The notes beneath the pieces were generated by a model that ran no database searches, was not told the DNA's origin, and saw only the letters and a list, made by a program, of their open reading frames with translations. A DNA stretch of 59,264 nucleotides, taken from Candidatus Eiseniibacteriota bacterium. Lineage in GTDB: Bacteria > Eisenbacteria > RBG-16-71-46 > CAIMUX01 > VGJL01. Position 1 is the stretch's first letter. Each line of letters starts with the position of its first letter. Shown here piece after piece: positions 47,357 to 56,068 of the stretch. Made by a program: the position numbers and the translations under genes. The stretch lies in NCBI GenBank assembly GCA_041946735.1, contig JBHGAY010000031.1, forward strand, positions 1 to 59,264, written 5' to 3'.

Positions 47357-48378
47357 TGGCTCCTCGTCACGGCGTAGTCGACCGCCTGGCGCAGTCCCGT
47401 CATCAAGGGATCGGCCGGCAGCCCATCGAGGCGGGCGAGCGCCTTGCCGGCGAGCGAGGCGGCTGTGTCGCGGCATTCGTCGAGAGCCCGCGTGCGATCG
47501 AGAAGGCCCCGCACGAACTGCCAGTCCTCCGCGGTCAGCTGCGCGCTCCGCTCGAGGATTCCGCCCACCCGCTTGCGCTCGGCGCCGTCGGAACGGGCGA
47601 GAGCGCGGATCAGCGGCAACGTCACCTTCCCCTCGGCCAGGTCGGACTGGCCGTACTTGCCGAGCTGGGCCGCATCCCCGGCGTAGTCGAAGATGTCGTC
47701 GGTGATCTGGTAGGCGCGGCCGAGGTCGAGGCCGAAGTGGCGGAACTGCTCGATCCGCTCCTGCTCGAAGCCGCCCACGATCGCGCCCACCTCGCACGAG
47801 GCCGCCATGAGCGACGCCGTCTTGGCGTCGACCAGCTCGAGGTACTCCCCTTCGGTCAAGCCGAGATTGCGCTTCTGCTGGATCTGGAGCATCTCGCCGA
47901 TCGACATCTCGTAGGTCGTGCGGGCGACGACGCGGACAATCCTGTCCTCGCCGCGGTCGAGAAGGTCGACCAGGACCTTCGTGTAGATGTAGTCGCCGAG
48001 GATCGTCGCGACGAGGTCGTTGTAGAGTGCGTTGATGGTCGGGAGGCCGCGGCGCATCGCGCTCTTGTCGATCGTGTCGTCATGGACGAGGGTCGCCGTG
48101 TGGATCAGTTCGATCACGGCGGCTGCGAAGACCGGATCGCCGGCCGGCGGCGCCCCGAGCCGCGCGATCAGAAGGGTCAATGCAGGACGGAAGCGCTTGC
48201 CCGCCATCCCGAGCAGATGATCGCCGACCTCGTGCACCAATCCGACGCGCGAGAGGAAGAAGTCCCGCAGGACCGACTGCATGAGGACCAGATCTTCGTG
48301 GATCGGCCGCTGGAAGTCGTGGAGCCGCTGGTCAGCCTGGAACGACCTCAGATAGGTCTCCAGATGCGAACGGGACAC
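47353..48378 (-). CDS. Long-chain polyprenyl diphosphate synthase (IspB/HepT-like)
   Basis: GKRFRP, ELIHTATLVHDDTID..RRG, KTA, QITDDIFD, DLAEGKVTLP. Confidence 0.92.
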   Translation of the reverse strand: MSRSHLETYLRSFQADQRLHDFQRPIHEDLVLMQSVLRDFFLSRVGLVHEVGDHLLGMAGKRFRPALTLLIARLGAPPAGDPVFAAAVIELIHTATLVHDDTIDKSAMRRGLPTINALYNDLVATILGDYIYTKVLVDLLDRGEDRIVRVVARTTYEMSIGEMLQIQQKRNLGLTEGEYLELVDAKTASLMAASCEVGAIVGGFEQERIEQFRHFGLDLGRAYQITDDIFDYAGDAAQLGKYGQSDLAEGKVTLPLIRALARSDGAERKRVGGILERSAQLTAEDWQFVRGLLDRTRALDECRDTAASLAGKALARLDGLPADPLMTGLRQAVDYAVTRSH

Positions 48379-48484
48379 GCACCTCCCCTTTCCGTACGGA
48401 CAGCGGCGGGGACGCGTACGTCCGCGCGCCGAGGAGCCAAGAGAGTTCCGCGGGCCCGCGCGGCCCCGGAGGACACGACCGGTG

Positions 48485-48514
48485 ACGCTAGCATCCGATA
48501 CGAAAAGGTGTCAA
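48485..48514 (-). promoter_or_regulatory. sigma70-type promoter for polyprenyl synthase operon
   Basis: TTGACA-N18-TAGCGT with TGn extension, immediately after the M23 stop. Confidence 0.6.
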
Positions 48515-49936
48515 TCAGGGGGTCGAGGCGGTTTGCGTCTGGGGCGCCGTGTTCTGCGCCATCATCTCGGCCCAGGCTTGCGGCTCGAGCACCTCGCCGC
48601 TCGCGAGACGGAGGTCCGCCGAGGACATGCGCTGGACGAGATCGCGGAACTCCGGCAGGCGCGACGCAGGGATCGGCTCGCTCGGCAACGTCTTCATGCG
48701 CAGCGGATCGATGAGGCGACCGTTCTCGACCATTTCGAAGTGGAGGTGCGGTCCGGTCGCGAGGCCGGTGCGGCCGACGTAGCCGATCTTGTCCCCCTGG
48801 TGCACGCGAGAACCGGCGCGGATTCCCTTCGCGAACGAGCGAAGGTGGCCATAGGCGGTCTCGTGCGACCTGCCGTGCTCGATCTTGATGTACCGGCCGT
48901 AGCCGCCCCTCCAGCCGGCGAAGGCGACGACGCCGTCGGCGACCGCCACGACTGGAGTCCCTTCGGCGGCCGCGTAGTCGACTCCGTGGTGCGGGCGGAC
49001 CTTCTTCAGGATCGGGTGGAACCGTCCCTTCGAGAAGGTCGAGGAGATCCGCCGGTAGTTCAGCGGGCTCTTCAGGAACGCCTTGCGCAGGGAGTGGCCC
49101 TGCGAGTCGTAGTAGCCACCCTTGCCGCCTCCGTCCTGAGGCTCGAAGTAGCAGCAGGTCGCCTGCGCCTGCTCTCCGCGGTACCAGCCGTAGAGCAGCT
49201 CGCCATAACCCACCTTGCTCCCCTCGACGTAGCGCTCCTCGACGAGCAGCGAAAAGCGGTCGCCGCGGCGAACCTCGGTGAAGAAGTCGACGTCGCACGA
49301 GAGGACTTCGGCCAACTTGATCGCGAGACGGACGTCCCCGCCCGCGGCGATGACCGCCTCTTCGAAGGTGGACTGAACCGTCCCGGCCATCTTGCGAATG
49401 CGGACCTCGGAGTCGACCGCCTGCGCGAACGATCCCAGAGAATCGGGATGAATCCGGAAGACGAAGATCTTCTCGGGCGAGACCTTGCAGGTCAGCTTCT
49501 CGACGCGGCCCCCTTCGTCCCGGGTGAACTCGAAGACCTGCCCGGGAAGCAGCGCACGAGGCGAGAAGTAGCCGTTCTGCCGGATCTCCTTCAGGACGAA
49601 GTCGATCTGCTGGAGATCCATCCGGTTGCGGAGCAGGAGCCCCGCCAGGGTGTCCCCGCGATGGACGGTGTCGGCATCGGTGTAGGTGCGGGGATCGGAA
49701 AGGGCGGAAACGTCGGACGCAGGCTCCGAAGGCGGGGGGAGGACGACTCCCTGGAGGCGGAGGAGAACGAGAACCAGGAACCCCGCGACCCCTCCGGTAA
49801 ACCAGGGCAAGACTCGGCGGATCGTCTGCAGCTTTCCGTCCCCCCTTCTCTGCAGCGGCCGTTGCTGTCTTCCCCGTCCAGGTGCAGAACCGTGGTGAAA
49901 GCTATCGGCGGTCCGGAACCATGTCAACCTTTTCAT
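48515..49936 (-). CDS. M23-family peptidoglycan DD-endopeptidase (MepM-like)
   Basis: RISS.F..RFHPIL, HHGVDYAA, YGHL, TGLATGPHLHFE; N-terminal TM; true start may be further downstream. Confidence 0.92.
   Translation of the reverse strand: MKRLTWFRTADSFHHGSAPGRGRQQRPLQRRGDGKLQTIRRVLPWFTGGVAGFLVLVLLRLQGVVLPPPSEPASDVSALSDPRTYTDADTVHRGDTLAGLLLRNRMDLQQIDFVLKEIRQNGYFSPRALLPGQVFEFTRDEGGRVEKLTCKVSPEKIFVFRIHPDSLGSFAQAVDSEVRIRKMAGTVQSTFEEAVIAAGGDVRLAIKLAEVLSCDVDFFTEVRRGDRFSLLVEERYVEGSKVGYGELLYGWYRGEQAQATCCYFEPQDGGGKGGYYDSQGHSLRKAFLKSPLNYRRISSTFSKGRFHPILKKVRPHHGVDYAAAEGTPVVAVADGVVAFAGWRGGYGRYIKIEHGRSHETAYGHLRSFAKGIRAGSRVHQGDKIGYVGRTGLATGPHLHFEMVENGRLIDPLRMKTLPSEPIPASRLPEFRDLVQRMSSADLRLASGEVLEPQAWAEMMAQNTAPQTQTASTP
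49899..49927 (-). promoter_or_regulatory. sigma70-type promoter candidate for the M23 gene
   Basis: TTGACA-N17-TAGCTT. Confidence 0.55.
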
Positions 49937-50003
49937 GGCGACCCGCGCGGCCAGGATCGCCTTCAGACCGCCCCGGACGGCCTCGAGCCCGCCCATCACG
50001 TCC

Positions 50004-51548
50004 TCAAGCCGCCCGCGCGGCCCGGGGCTCCGATACGGCCCCCGGCCACGTCAGGATGAACCGCGCCCCACCGCCCGGGCGAGGCTCGACCCAGATCCTC
50101 CCCTTGTGGTTCTGGAGGATCTTCAGACACGTCGCGAGCCCGAAGCCGTGGCCGTACTCCTTGGAGGTGAATCCGAGCTCGAAGATCCGGGCAACCGCGG
50201 AGCGGGGCACGCCCGGACCGTTGTCTTCCACCTCCACCCGCAGGTAGGTGCGTTCCCAGCTCGTCCGGACGCGGATCTCCCGGCCTTCGGTCCCGGCGTC
50301 GCGCATCGCGTCGGCCGCGTTCTTGTAGAGGTTCAGGAGCACCTGCTGGATCTGGCCCCGGTCGGCCTTCGCCAGCGGCAGGCCTTCCTCCAGAACCAGG
50401 TCCAGCCGGACGTTGTCGAAGTCGTTCTGCGGACCCAGGAACTCGACCATCTCCCGGCAGAGGACGTTCAGATCGAAGACGCTGACCTCCATCTTGTTCC
50501 GCGCGAACTCGGTCATCTGGCGGGCCATCGTCTGCAGCCGCCCGATCTGCGTCCAGAGGATCTCCCCATCGCGGTCGTAGTCGTGTATCCCCGCCTTCTG
50601 CCACTTCCGGCGCAGCAGCTCGGTGCGCCCCGAGAGGACGGTCAGATAGTTGTTCATCTCGTGCGAGACCGCGCCCGCGATCTGCCCGGCCGCCGCCATC
50701 CGCTCCATCGCGATCTTCTGCTGCTCCGCCCGCTGCAGAGCGATGTACTCGCTGTTCTGCTTCTTCACGATCACGAGCGGAAGGAAGAAGAGCAGCACGC
50801 CCGGATATCCGAGCGAGAGGTAGGAGATCAAGAGGATCGGCGAGAGCGCGAAGAGCGCGGCGCTCGAGAGGACCGCGTTGCGATAGAGGTAGTTCGTCTG
50901 CAACGTCGGGAGGATCGCGGTGCCGCGCTCGAGCGAGACGGCGCCAGCGACGAGGAGCGTGTTGACGAAGAAGTAGGCGACCATGCAGAGAACGAGAGCG
51001 CCGAGCAAGCGGAACGCGGGAAAGAACATCAGGGCGCCCGGGTATCCGAGCGATATGTAGGAGATCGTCGGGATCGGCAAGAACGCCGAGAAGTGGCCGA
51101 TGCTGCCCGTACCTCCAGCAAGAACCTCGAACAGCGCGCCGGCCACGTAGGCGGTCAGGACGATCTGCCCGAGGCCGAAGAAGGAGTGGATCCAGTCGCG
51201 CTTCTGGATGAACCGGGTCGCGATCAGGACGGACAGTCCGATGATCCAGAGCGAGAGGCCGCTGCCGAAGAGGTAGAGCACCGCGACGTTGAACGTCGAG
51301 GCCATCGAGTCGCTGGCGTCGCCGGTCGGGGTTTGCAGCCAAAGCAGCTCCGCGGCGAGGCTGAAGAGAAACCAGAGGAGGAACGAGACGGAGAGGATCG
51401 GCGAGCTGGGCGCACGGAGCCAGAGCAGGCCCACCCCGGCGAGCACGGTCAGGCCGACGTACGCCGTGAGGCGCCGATTGCCCTGGTAGCCCGCCGCAAC
51501 GCGGTTCCAGACGTCCCACTCGACCCTGTCCTGGATGATCTCTCCCAT
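50004..51548 (-). CDS. Membrane sensor histidine kinase (multi-TM sensor + HisKA + HATPase)
   Basis: H box VSHEMNNYL, N box LLNLYKNAADAM, G1 EDNGPG, F box FTSK, G2 GHGFGL; many TM helices. Confidence 0.92.
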   Translation of the reverse strand: MGEIIQDRVEWDVWNRVAAGYQGNRRLTAYVGLTVLAGVGLLWLRAPSSPILSVSFLLWFLFSLAAELLWLQTPTGDASDSMASTFNVAVLYLFGSGLSLWIIGLSVLIATRFIQKRDWIHSFFGLGQIVLTAYVAGALFEVLAGGTGSIGHFSAFLPIPTISYISLGYPGALMFFPAFRLLGALVLCMVAYFFVNTLLVAGAVSLERGTAILPTLQTNYLYRNAVLSSAALFALSPILLISYLSLGYPGVLLFFLPLVIVKKQNSEYIALQRAEQQKIAMERMAAAGQIAGAVSHEMNNYLTVLSGRTELLRRKWQKAGIHDYDRDGEILWTQIGRLQTMARQMTEFARNKMEVSVFDLNVLCREMVEFLGPQNDFDNVRLDLVLEEGLPLAKADRGQIQQVLLNLYKNAADAMRDAGTEGREIRVRTSWERTYLRVEVEDNGPGVPRSAVARIFELGFTSKEYGHGFGLATCLKILQNHKGRIWVEPRPGGGARFILTWPGAVSEPRAARAA

Positions 51549-51733
51549 CGCTGTTTCCCTCTGCAATTTCGGCAGCTTGGAGACGCGGCTGAACCCTCGG
51601 GTGGCATGCCGGCCGGCCGGGGGGCCGGCAGCGCGACTGCCCCCCGGGACTCCCCCGAGACTTCGTCTAGACTCCCCCGGTATCTGGCCGGCCGGACGGA
51701 CGGGAGGGACGCAGAAGCGTGGGAAGCGCAGGC

Positions 51734-52513
51734 ATGGGAGGAGCGGACGAGGCGATTCGGACCGCTGGGGAGATCTCCTGGATCGAGCCGCCGGCCGGCT
51801 GGCTCGAGGGCGCACGGGCGGGACTGAGCTGCCGCTCCGGGGGCACGAGCGAATCGCCGTACCACAGTCTGAACCTCGGGAGGAGCGCGGGCGACGCGAT
51901 CGAGAGCATCGAGCAGAACGAGAAGCGATTCGTCGAAGCGATGCAGTTGCCGCAACTTCCCGCCAAGGCGAAGCTCGAGCACGGGGACCGGCCGCTCTGG
52001 GTCGACCGGCCCGGCGTGTACGGGTGGTTCGACGCGCTCCTGACCAGCGAGCCGCGGCTACCCCTCTGGCTGACGGTCGCCGATTGCGTTCCCGTGTTCC
52101 TTGCGGGCCCGGGGGCGGTGGGGCTCGTGCATTGCGGCTGGAAAGGGACGGCCGCCGGCGTCGTCCGCTCGACGCTCCAGAGCCTCGAGCAGCGTGGCGG
52201 CATTCCCCCCGCCGAGGTCCGCGCCTGGATCGGCCCGTCGATCGGTGGCTGCTGCTACCCGGTCGGTGCCGACGTCGCCGCCCGCTTTCCCGCCGAGGCT
52301 CGGATCGTACGCGGCGAGGGGGGAGTCCACCTCGACCTGCCGCTCGCCGTCGCCCGCGCGTTGGAGTCGGCGGGCGTGCCGGCCGGCTCGATCGCGCGCA
52401 GCGGCCTCTGCACGCGATGCCGGGAGGATCTGTTCTTCTCCTACCGCCGAGACGGCGCCCGGAGCGGGCGCATGGCCGCGGTCATCTGGCGAGACGCGCC
52501 GGCCGCGTCTTGA
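51734..52513 (+). CDS. pgeF: PgeF/YfiH (purine nucleoside phosphorylase / laccase-like) protein
   Basis: SLNLG, DALLT, VADCVPV, VHCGWKG, IGPSIGGCCY, CTRC...FFSYRR..GRM. Confidence 0.9.
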   Translation: MGGADEAIRTAGEISWIEPPAGWLEGARAGLSCRSGGTSESPYHSLNLGRSAGDAIESIEQNEKRFVEAMQLPQLPAKAKLEHGDRPLWVDRPGVYGWFDALLTSEPRLPLWLTVADCVPVFLAGPGAVGLVHCGWKGTAAGVVRSTLQSLEQRGGIPPAEVRAWIGPSIGGCCYPVGADVAARFPAEARIVRGEGGVHLDLPLAVARALESAGVPAGSIARSGLCTRCREDLFFSYRRDGARSGRMAAVIWRDAPAAS

Positions 52514-53657
52514 CCGCGTGGACCTCGCCGGAGATCACTCGCCGGTAGTAGTCCAGGTAGCGCTCGATCACCTTCTCCTGATCGAACCGCTCGACGGCGC
52601 GGGCGCGCGCCGCCTTGGACATTCGGTGCCAGGCATCGGAGTCCCGCAGGATCGAGATGCCGAACTCCGCCATCCCGGCCACGTCGTGCGGAGCGGCGAG
52701 AAAGCCGTGCACGCCCGACTCGAGAATCTCCGCGGTCCCGCCCTGGTTCGTCGCGATCACCGGGACTCCCGCCGCCATGGCCTCGAGGGCGACGAGCCCG
52801 AAGCTCTCGTGCTCGCTCGGAAGAAGGAGGAGATCGACCTCGGGAAGCAGCTCGTCGATCGCGTCCTGCAGCCCCAGGAAGAGCACCCGGTCGGAGAGGC
52901 CGAGCTCGCTCGCCATCTCGTGGGCCTTCGTCAGCTCGGGCCCTTCCCCGATCAGCACGAGGTAGGACGGCACCTCCTTCTGGATCCGGTCGAACACGCG
53001 GATCACTCCCGGCACGTTCTTCACGGCGCGGAAGTTGCTCGCGTGCATGATCACCTTGCGCCCGCTCGCCCGGAGGCGCTCGAGCGAGGAGCACGCTTTC
53101 TCTCGAGGCGTGAAGCGCGCGGTATCGACGAAGTTCGGGATCACCTCGATCGGATGCTCGAGCCCGAAGGTCTCGATCGTGCGAACGCGAAGCCATTCGG
53201 AGACCGCGGTCACGCCGTCGGATTCCTCGATGCTGAACCGGACGGCGGTGCGGAACGACGGCTGCGCCCCGACCAGCGTGATGTCGGTGCCGTGCAGCGT
53301 GGTCACCGTCTTCACCGGATGGTCTCCGAGCATCGCGCGGGCGAGGAATGCGGAGGTCGCATGCGGGACGGCGTAGTGGGCGTGGACGATGTCGAGCCCG
53401 TTCTGCGTCACGACCTCCACCAGCTTCGTCGCGAGGCTCAGGATGTAGGGGGGATGGTGGAAGACGGGATAGTTGTCGGTGAAGACCTGGTGGAACTGCA
53501 CGTTCTCGAGGAATCCCTTCAGGCGCATCGGCGGGGCGTAGCTGATGAAGTGCACCTGGCACCCGCGGGCCGCCATCGCCATCCCCAGCTCGGTCGCCAC
53601 GATCCCGCTGCCCCCGAGGCTCGGATAACAGACGATGCCGATCCGCGGCTGTCGCAT
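52482..53657 (-). CDS. bshA: N-acetyl-alpha-D-glucosaminyl L-malate synthase
   Basis: IGIVCYPSLGGSGIVATELG, HAHYAVPHA, TTLHGTDITLVG, HASNFRAVK, ESFGLVALEAM. Confidence 0.94.
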   Translation of the reverse strand: MRQPRIGIVCYPSLGGSGIVATELGMAMAARGCQVHFISYAPPMRLKGFLENVQFHQVFTDNYPVFHHPPYILSLATKLVEVVTQNGLDIVHAHYAVPHATSAFLARAMLGDHPVKTVTTLHGTDITLVGAQPSFRTAVRFSIEESDGVTAVSEWLRVRTIETFGLEHPIEVIPNFVDTARFTPREKACSSLERLRASGRKVIMHASNFRAVKNVPGVIRVFDRIQKEVPSYLVLIGEGPELTKAHEMASELGLSDRVLFLGLQDAIDELLPEVDLLLLPSEHESFGLVALEAMAAGVPVIATNQGGTAEILESGVHGFLAAPHDVAGMAEFGISILRDSDAWHRMSKAARARAVERFDQEKVIERYLDYYRRVISGEVHAVKTRPARLAR

Positions 53658-53662
53658 CGCGC

Positions 53663-55282
53663 TCACCTCTCCTCCTTCCGTTGCGCCGGCGCCCCCGGCG
53701 CCCCCGGCGCTCCGGCGGTATCCGCGCGCGCCGCCTCGACCGCAGGGCGCCCAGGCGCCGCGCCGGCGCCCGTCTCTCCATCCGCCGCCGGTTCGCGCAG
53801 CGCGAGCAGCGTCTGACCCGGCCGGCCGGCTTCGAGCCAATCGCGAACTGCGCCGAGCAGATCCTCCATCGCTCCGGACCCCTCGTAGAGGAGGGGGGTC
53901 CAGAGCGTGAAGCTCCGCTCTTGCGGCCGGCCGCGCGGCAACAGGGACTCCTTCAGGTCGGCCAGCTCCGGGCGCGTGCGCCGCAGCTTCTGGCGCCCCT
54001 TGGCGAGAATCGCTTCCTCGATCCGCCCGAGCTGGAAGTCCGCCTTGCCGCCGGCCGAGCGGGCGAGCTGGGCGAGGCTCGGATCGAGAGCGCCCAGCGG
54101 CTCGTCGAGATCCGCGAGAGAAGCGGACAGCTGTGCCCGCGCCTCCGCCAGCCGCTCGAGCAGGGCGGGGTCGATCTCGCTGCGCCCCCAGCGCTCGATC
54201 GCGGCGTCGGTCTCCTCGAGCAGCGCGACCGGATCCGGGGCGAGCGGGTCGCCTCCGAAGACCGGCGGAAAGAGCGTGGCCGCGAAGCGAGAGGCGAGCG
54301 GCGCGGCGGGGCGGCCGAGCAGTTCATAGACGGGGCCGAGCAGCTTGCGATAGGCGATCTCGCCGTCCCCGCAGATCACGAGCGACACGGGAAGCAGATG
54401 CTCCTGAAGCGCCGGACGAAGGACGACGTTCGGCAGCAAAGTCGCGCCGGGCGCGACGGGCTCGTCGAGGCCGAGCGGGCGGCGGCCGTCCCCTTCGAGG
54501 ACGAAGAGGGCCCGGCTCGCCTCCTCCCCCTCCAGCGCCGGTTCCCTCCCTTCGGCGCGCTCGTGCGCCGCCTGTGCGGCGATGCCGGCGGCGAGCCGCG
54601 AGCGATGCGGCAAGAAGCGCCAGAGCCAGCTCTGCGCCGCCGCGACGACCTCCGGGGCCCCTCCGTCCACGAAGAGAAGCTGCTCGGGACGGACGAGGGC
54701 GCGAAGAACGGCACGCAGGAAGGCGGACCATCCTCCCCCCTCGTCTTCCGCCTGCGCCAAGCAGGCATCGATGGCCGCCAAGGCTTCGATCGAGCCGGGC
54801 CAGTCCTGCGTGAGCAGGGCGCGGGCGGGCGCCATCCGCTCCAGCTCGAGGCCGCCGATCCTCCGCCCTTCGGCCGGCTTCTCGTCTCGCAGGCGGCGAG
54901 GCGCTTCGCCGGGCCGCGGCCAGCTCGCCGGAGCGACTTCGTCGTGATCGGTGTCGTCGCCCACGCACCAGAATGCGGCGATCGCTGGCGAGCCCGCCTC
55001 GCGCACGCGCCTCGCCTGCGCGACCGCCGTGAGGACTTTGTAGAGCGTGTAGAGCGGCCCGCCAAGCAGACCGGGCTGCTGGCCGGTCAGGATCACCGCC
55101 ATCCGGCCCTCGGCAAGCGCATCGATCGAATCGGAGGGAAGCTCGCTCCGCTCTCCGAGGAGGCGCATCAGGTCGCGGTACCTTTCGGGCGACTCTTCGG
55201 CAAGCGAAGCGCGGGCCGGCCGCGCGCCGGCGTCCGCCCGCGGCGGGACAGGGCGATCGCCCTGGCGCCCGATCGGCTTCAT
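53663..55282 (-). CDS. bshC: Bacillithiol cysteine-adding enzyme
   Basis: TGQQPGLLGGPLYTLYK, DHDEV, PNVVLRPALQE, GEIAY, PQER; adjacent to bshA. Confidence 0.88.
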   Translation of the reverse strand: MKPIGRQGDRPVPPRADAGARPARASLAEESPERYRDLMRLLGERSELPSDSIDALAEGRMAVILTGQQPGLLGGPLYTLYKVLTAVAQARRVREAGSPAIAAFWCVGDDTDHDEVAPASWPRPGEAPRRLRDEKPAEGRRIGGLELERMAPARALLTQDWPGSIEALAAIDACLAQAEDEGGGWSAFLRAVLRALVRPEQLLFVDGGAPEVVAAAQSWLWRFLPHRSRLAAGIAAQAAHERAEGREPALEGEEASRALFVLEGDGRRPLGLDEPVAPGATLLPNVVLRPALQEHLLPVSLVICGDGEIAYRKLLGPVYELLGRPAAPLASRFAATLFPPVFGGDPLAPDPVALLEETDAAIERWGRSEIDPALLERLAEARAQLSASLADLDEPLGALDPSLAQLARSAGGKADFQLGRIEEAILAKGRQKLRRTRPELADLKESLLPRGRPQERSFTLWTPLLYEGSGAMEDLLGAVRDWLEAGRPGQTLLALREPAADGETGAGAAPGRPAVEAARADTAGAPGAPGAPAQRKEER

Positions 55283-56055
55283 CGCTGTCCCTCGCGAGCG
55301 ACGGCGAAGAGGAGCAAGCGCGGCGAGGTGCGGGCGTGGAACGGCTCGCCGCGGTATCCGCCCTTGCGCGCGATCAGATCGAAGCCGGCCACCTCGACCA
55401 TCGAGGCGAGTTCGTCCGGCTCGTAGAGGCGGAGACGCTCGCGATACACGTTTCGTCCCGCGCGCGGCACGGGGGAGACGGTCGTTTCCTTGCATAGGAA
55501 CGGACCGCTCGGATCGATCCACCGCGTCTCCTGAACGGTCAGGTTGCGCACGAGGCGCCCGGATCGCGGGACGAGGTTCTCGCGAACATGCCGACCGTTG
55601 ACGTAATCGAGGACGAACGCGCCGTGCGGCTCGAGGAGGCGCGCGACTTCGGCGAGCACGCGCTCGTCGTCCGTCCGCTCGGCGAAGTAGCCGAAGGTGG
55701 TGAACATCAGCAGGACCGTCCGGAAGGAGCGATCCCGGAACGGCAGGCGCCGCATGTCTCCGCGGACGAGAGGGGTCGCGGAAAGCCGGCGCCGCGCCTC
55801 GCGGAGGAGCGGAAGCGAGAGGTCGAGACCGAAACCGCGTACGCCCCGCGTCGCGAGCGCGCGCAGGTAGCGCCCCGGTCCGCAGCCGAGATCGAGCACG
55901 CGGCCCGCCCGCAGGTCGAACCTCTCCCCGATCGAGGCGAGAGCGCGGGACGCCTCTTCGAGATCCCGGTGCTGATACAGCAGTCGGTACAGCTCGTCGA
56001 AGCTCTCCTCGTACCAGTCTGTCGGACGCCCGGCGGATCGTCGCATCCGCCCCAT
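55279..56055 (-). CDS. Class I SAM-dependent methyltransferase (NmbA-like candidate)
   Basis: WYEESF...LYQHRD..EA, VLDLGCGPGR, GLDLS, RGDMRRLPF, FTTFGYF; ATGA overlap with bshC; start 56055 or 56046. Confidence 0.88.
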   Translation of the reverse strand: MGRMRRSAGRPTDWYEESFDELYRLLYQHRDLEEASRALASIGERFDLRAGRVLDLGCGPGRYLRALATRGVRGFGLDLSLPLLREARRRLSATPLVRGDMRRLPFRDRSFRTVLLMFTTFGYFAERTDDERVLAEVARLLEPHGAFVLDYVNGRHVRENLVPRSGRLVRNLTVQETRWIDPSGPFLCKETTVSPVPRAGRNVYRERLRLYEPDELASMVEVAGFDLIARKGGYRGEPFHARTSPRLLLFAVAREGQR

Positions 56056-56068
56056 GGTAATCGAGCCG

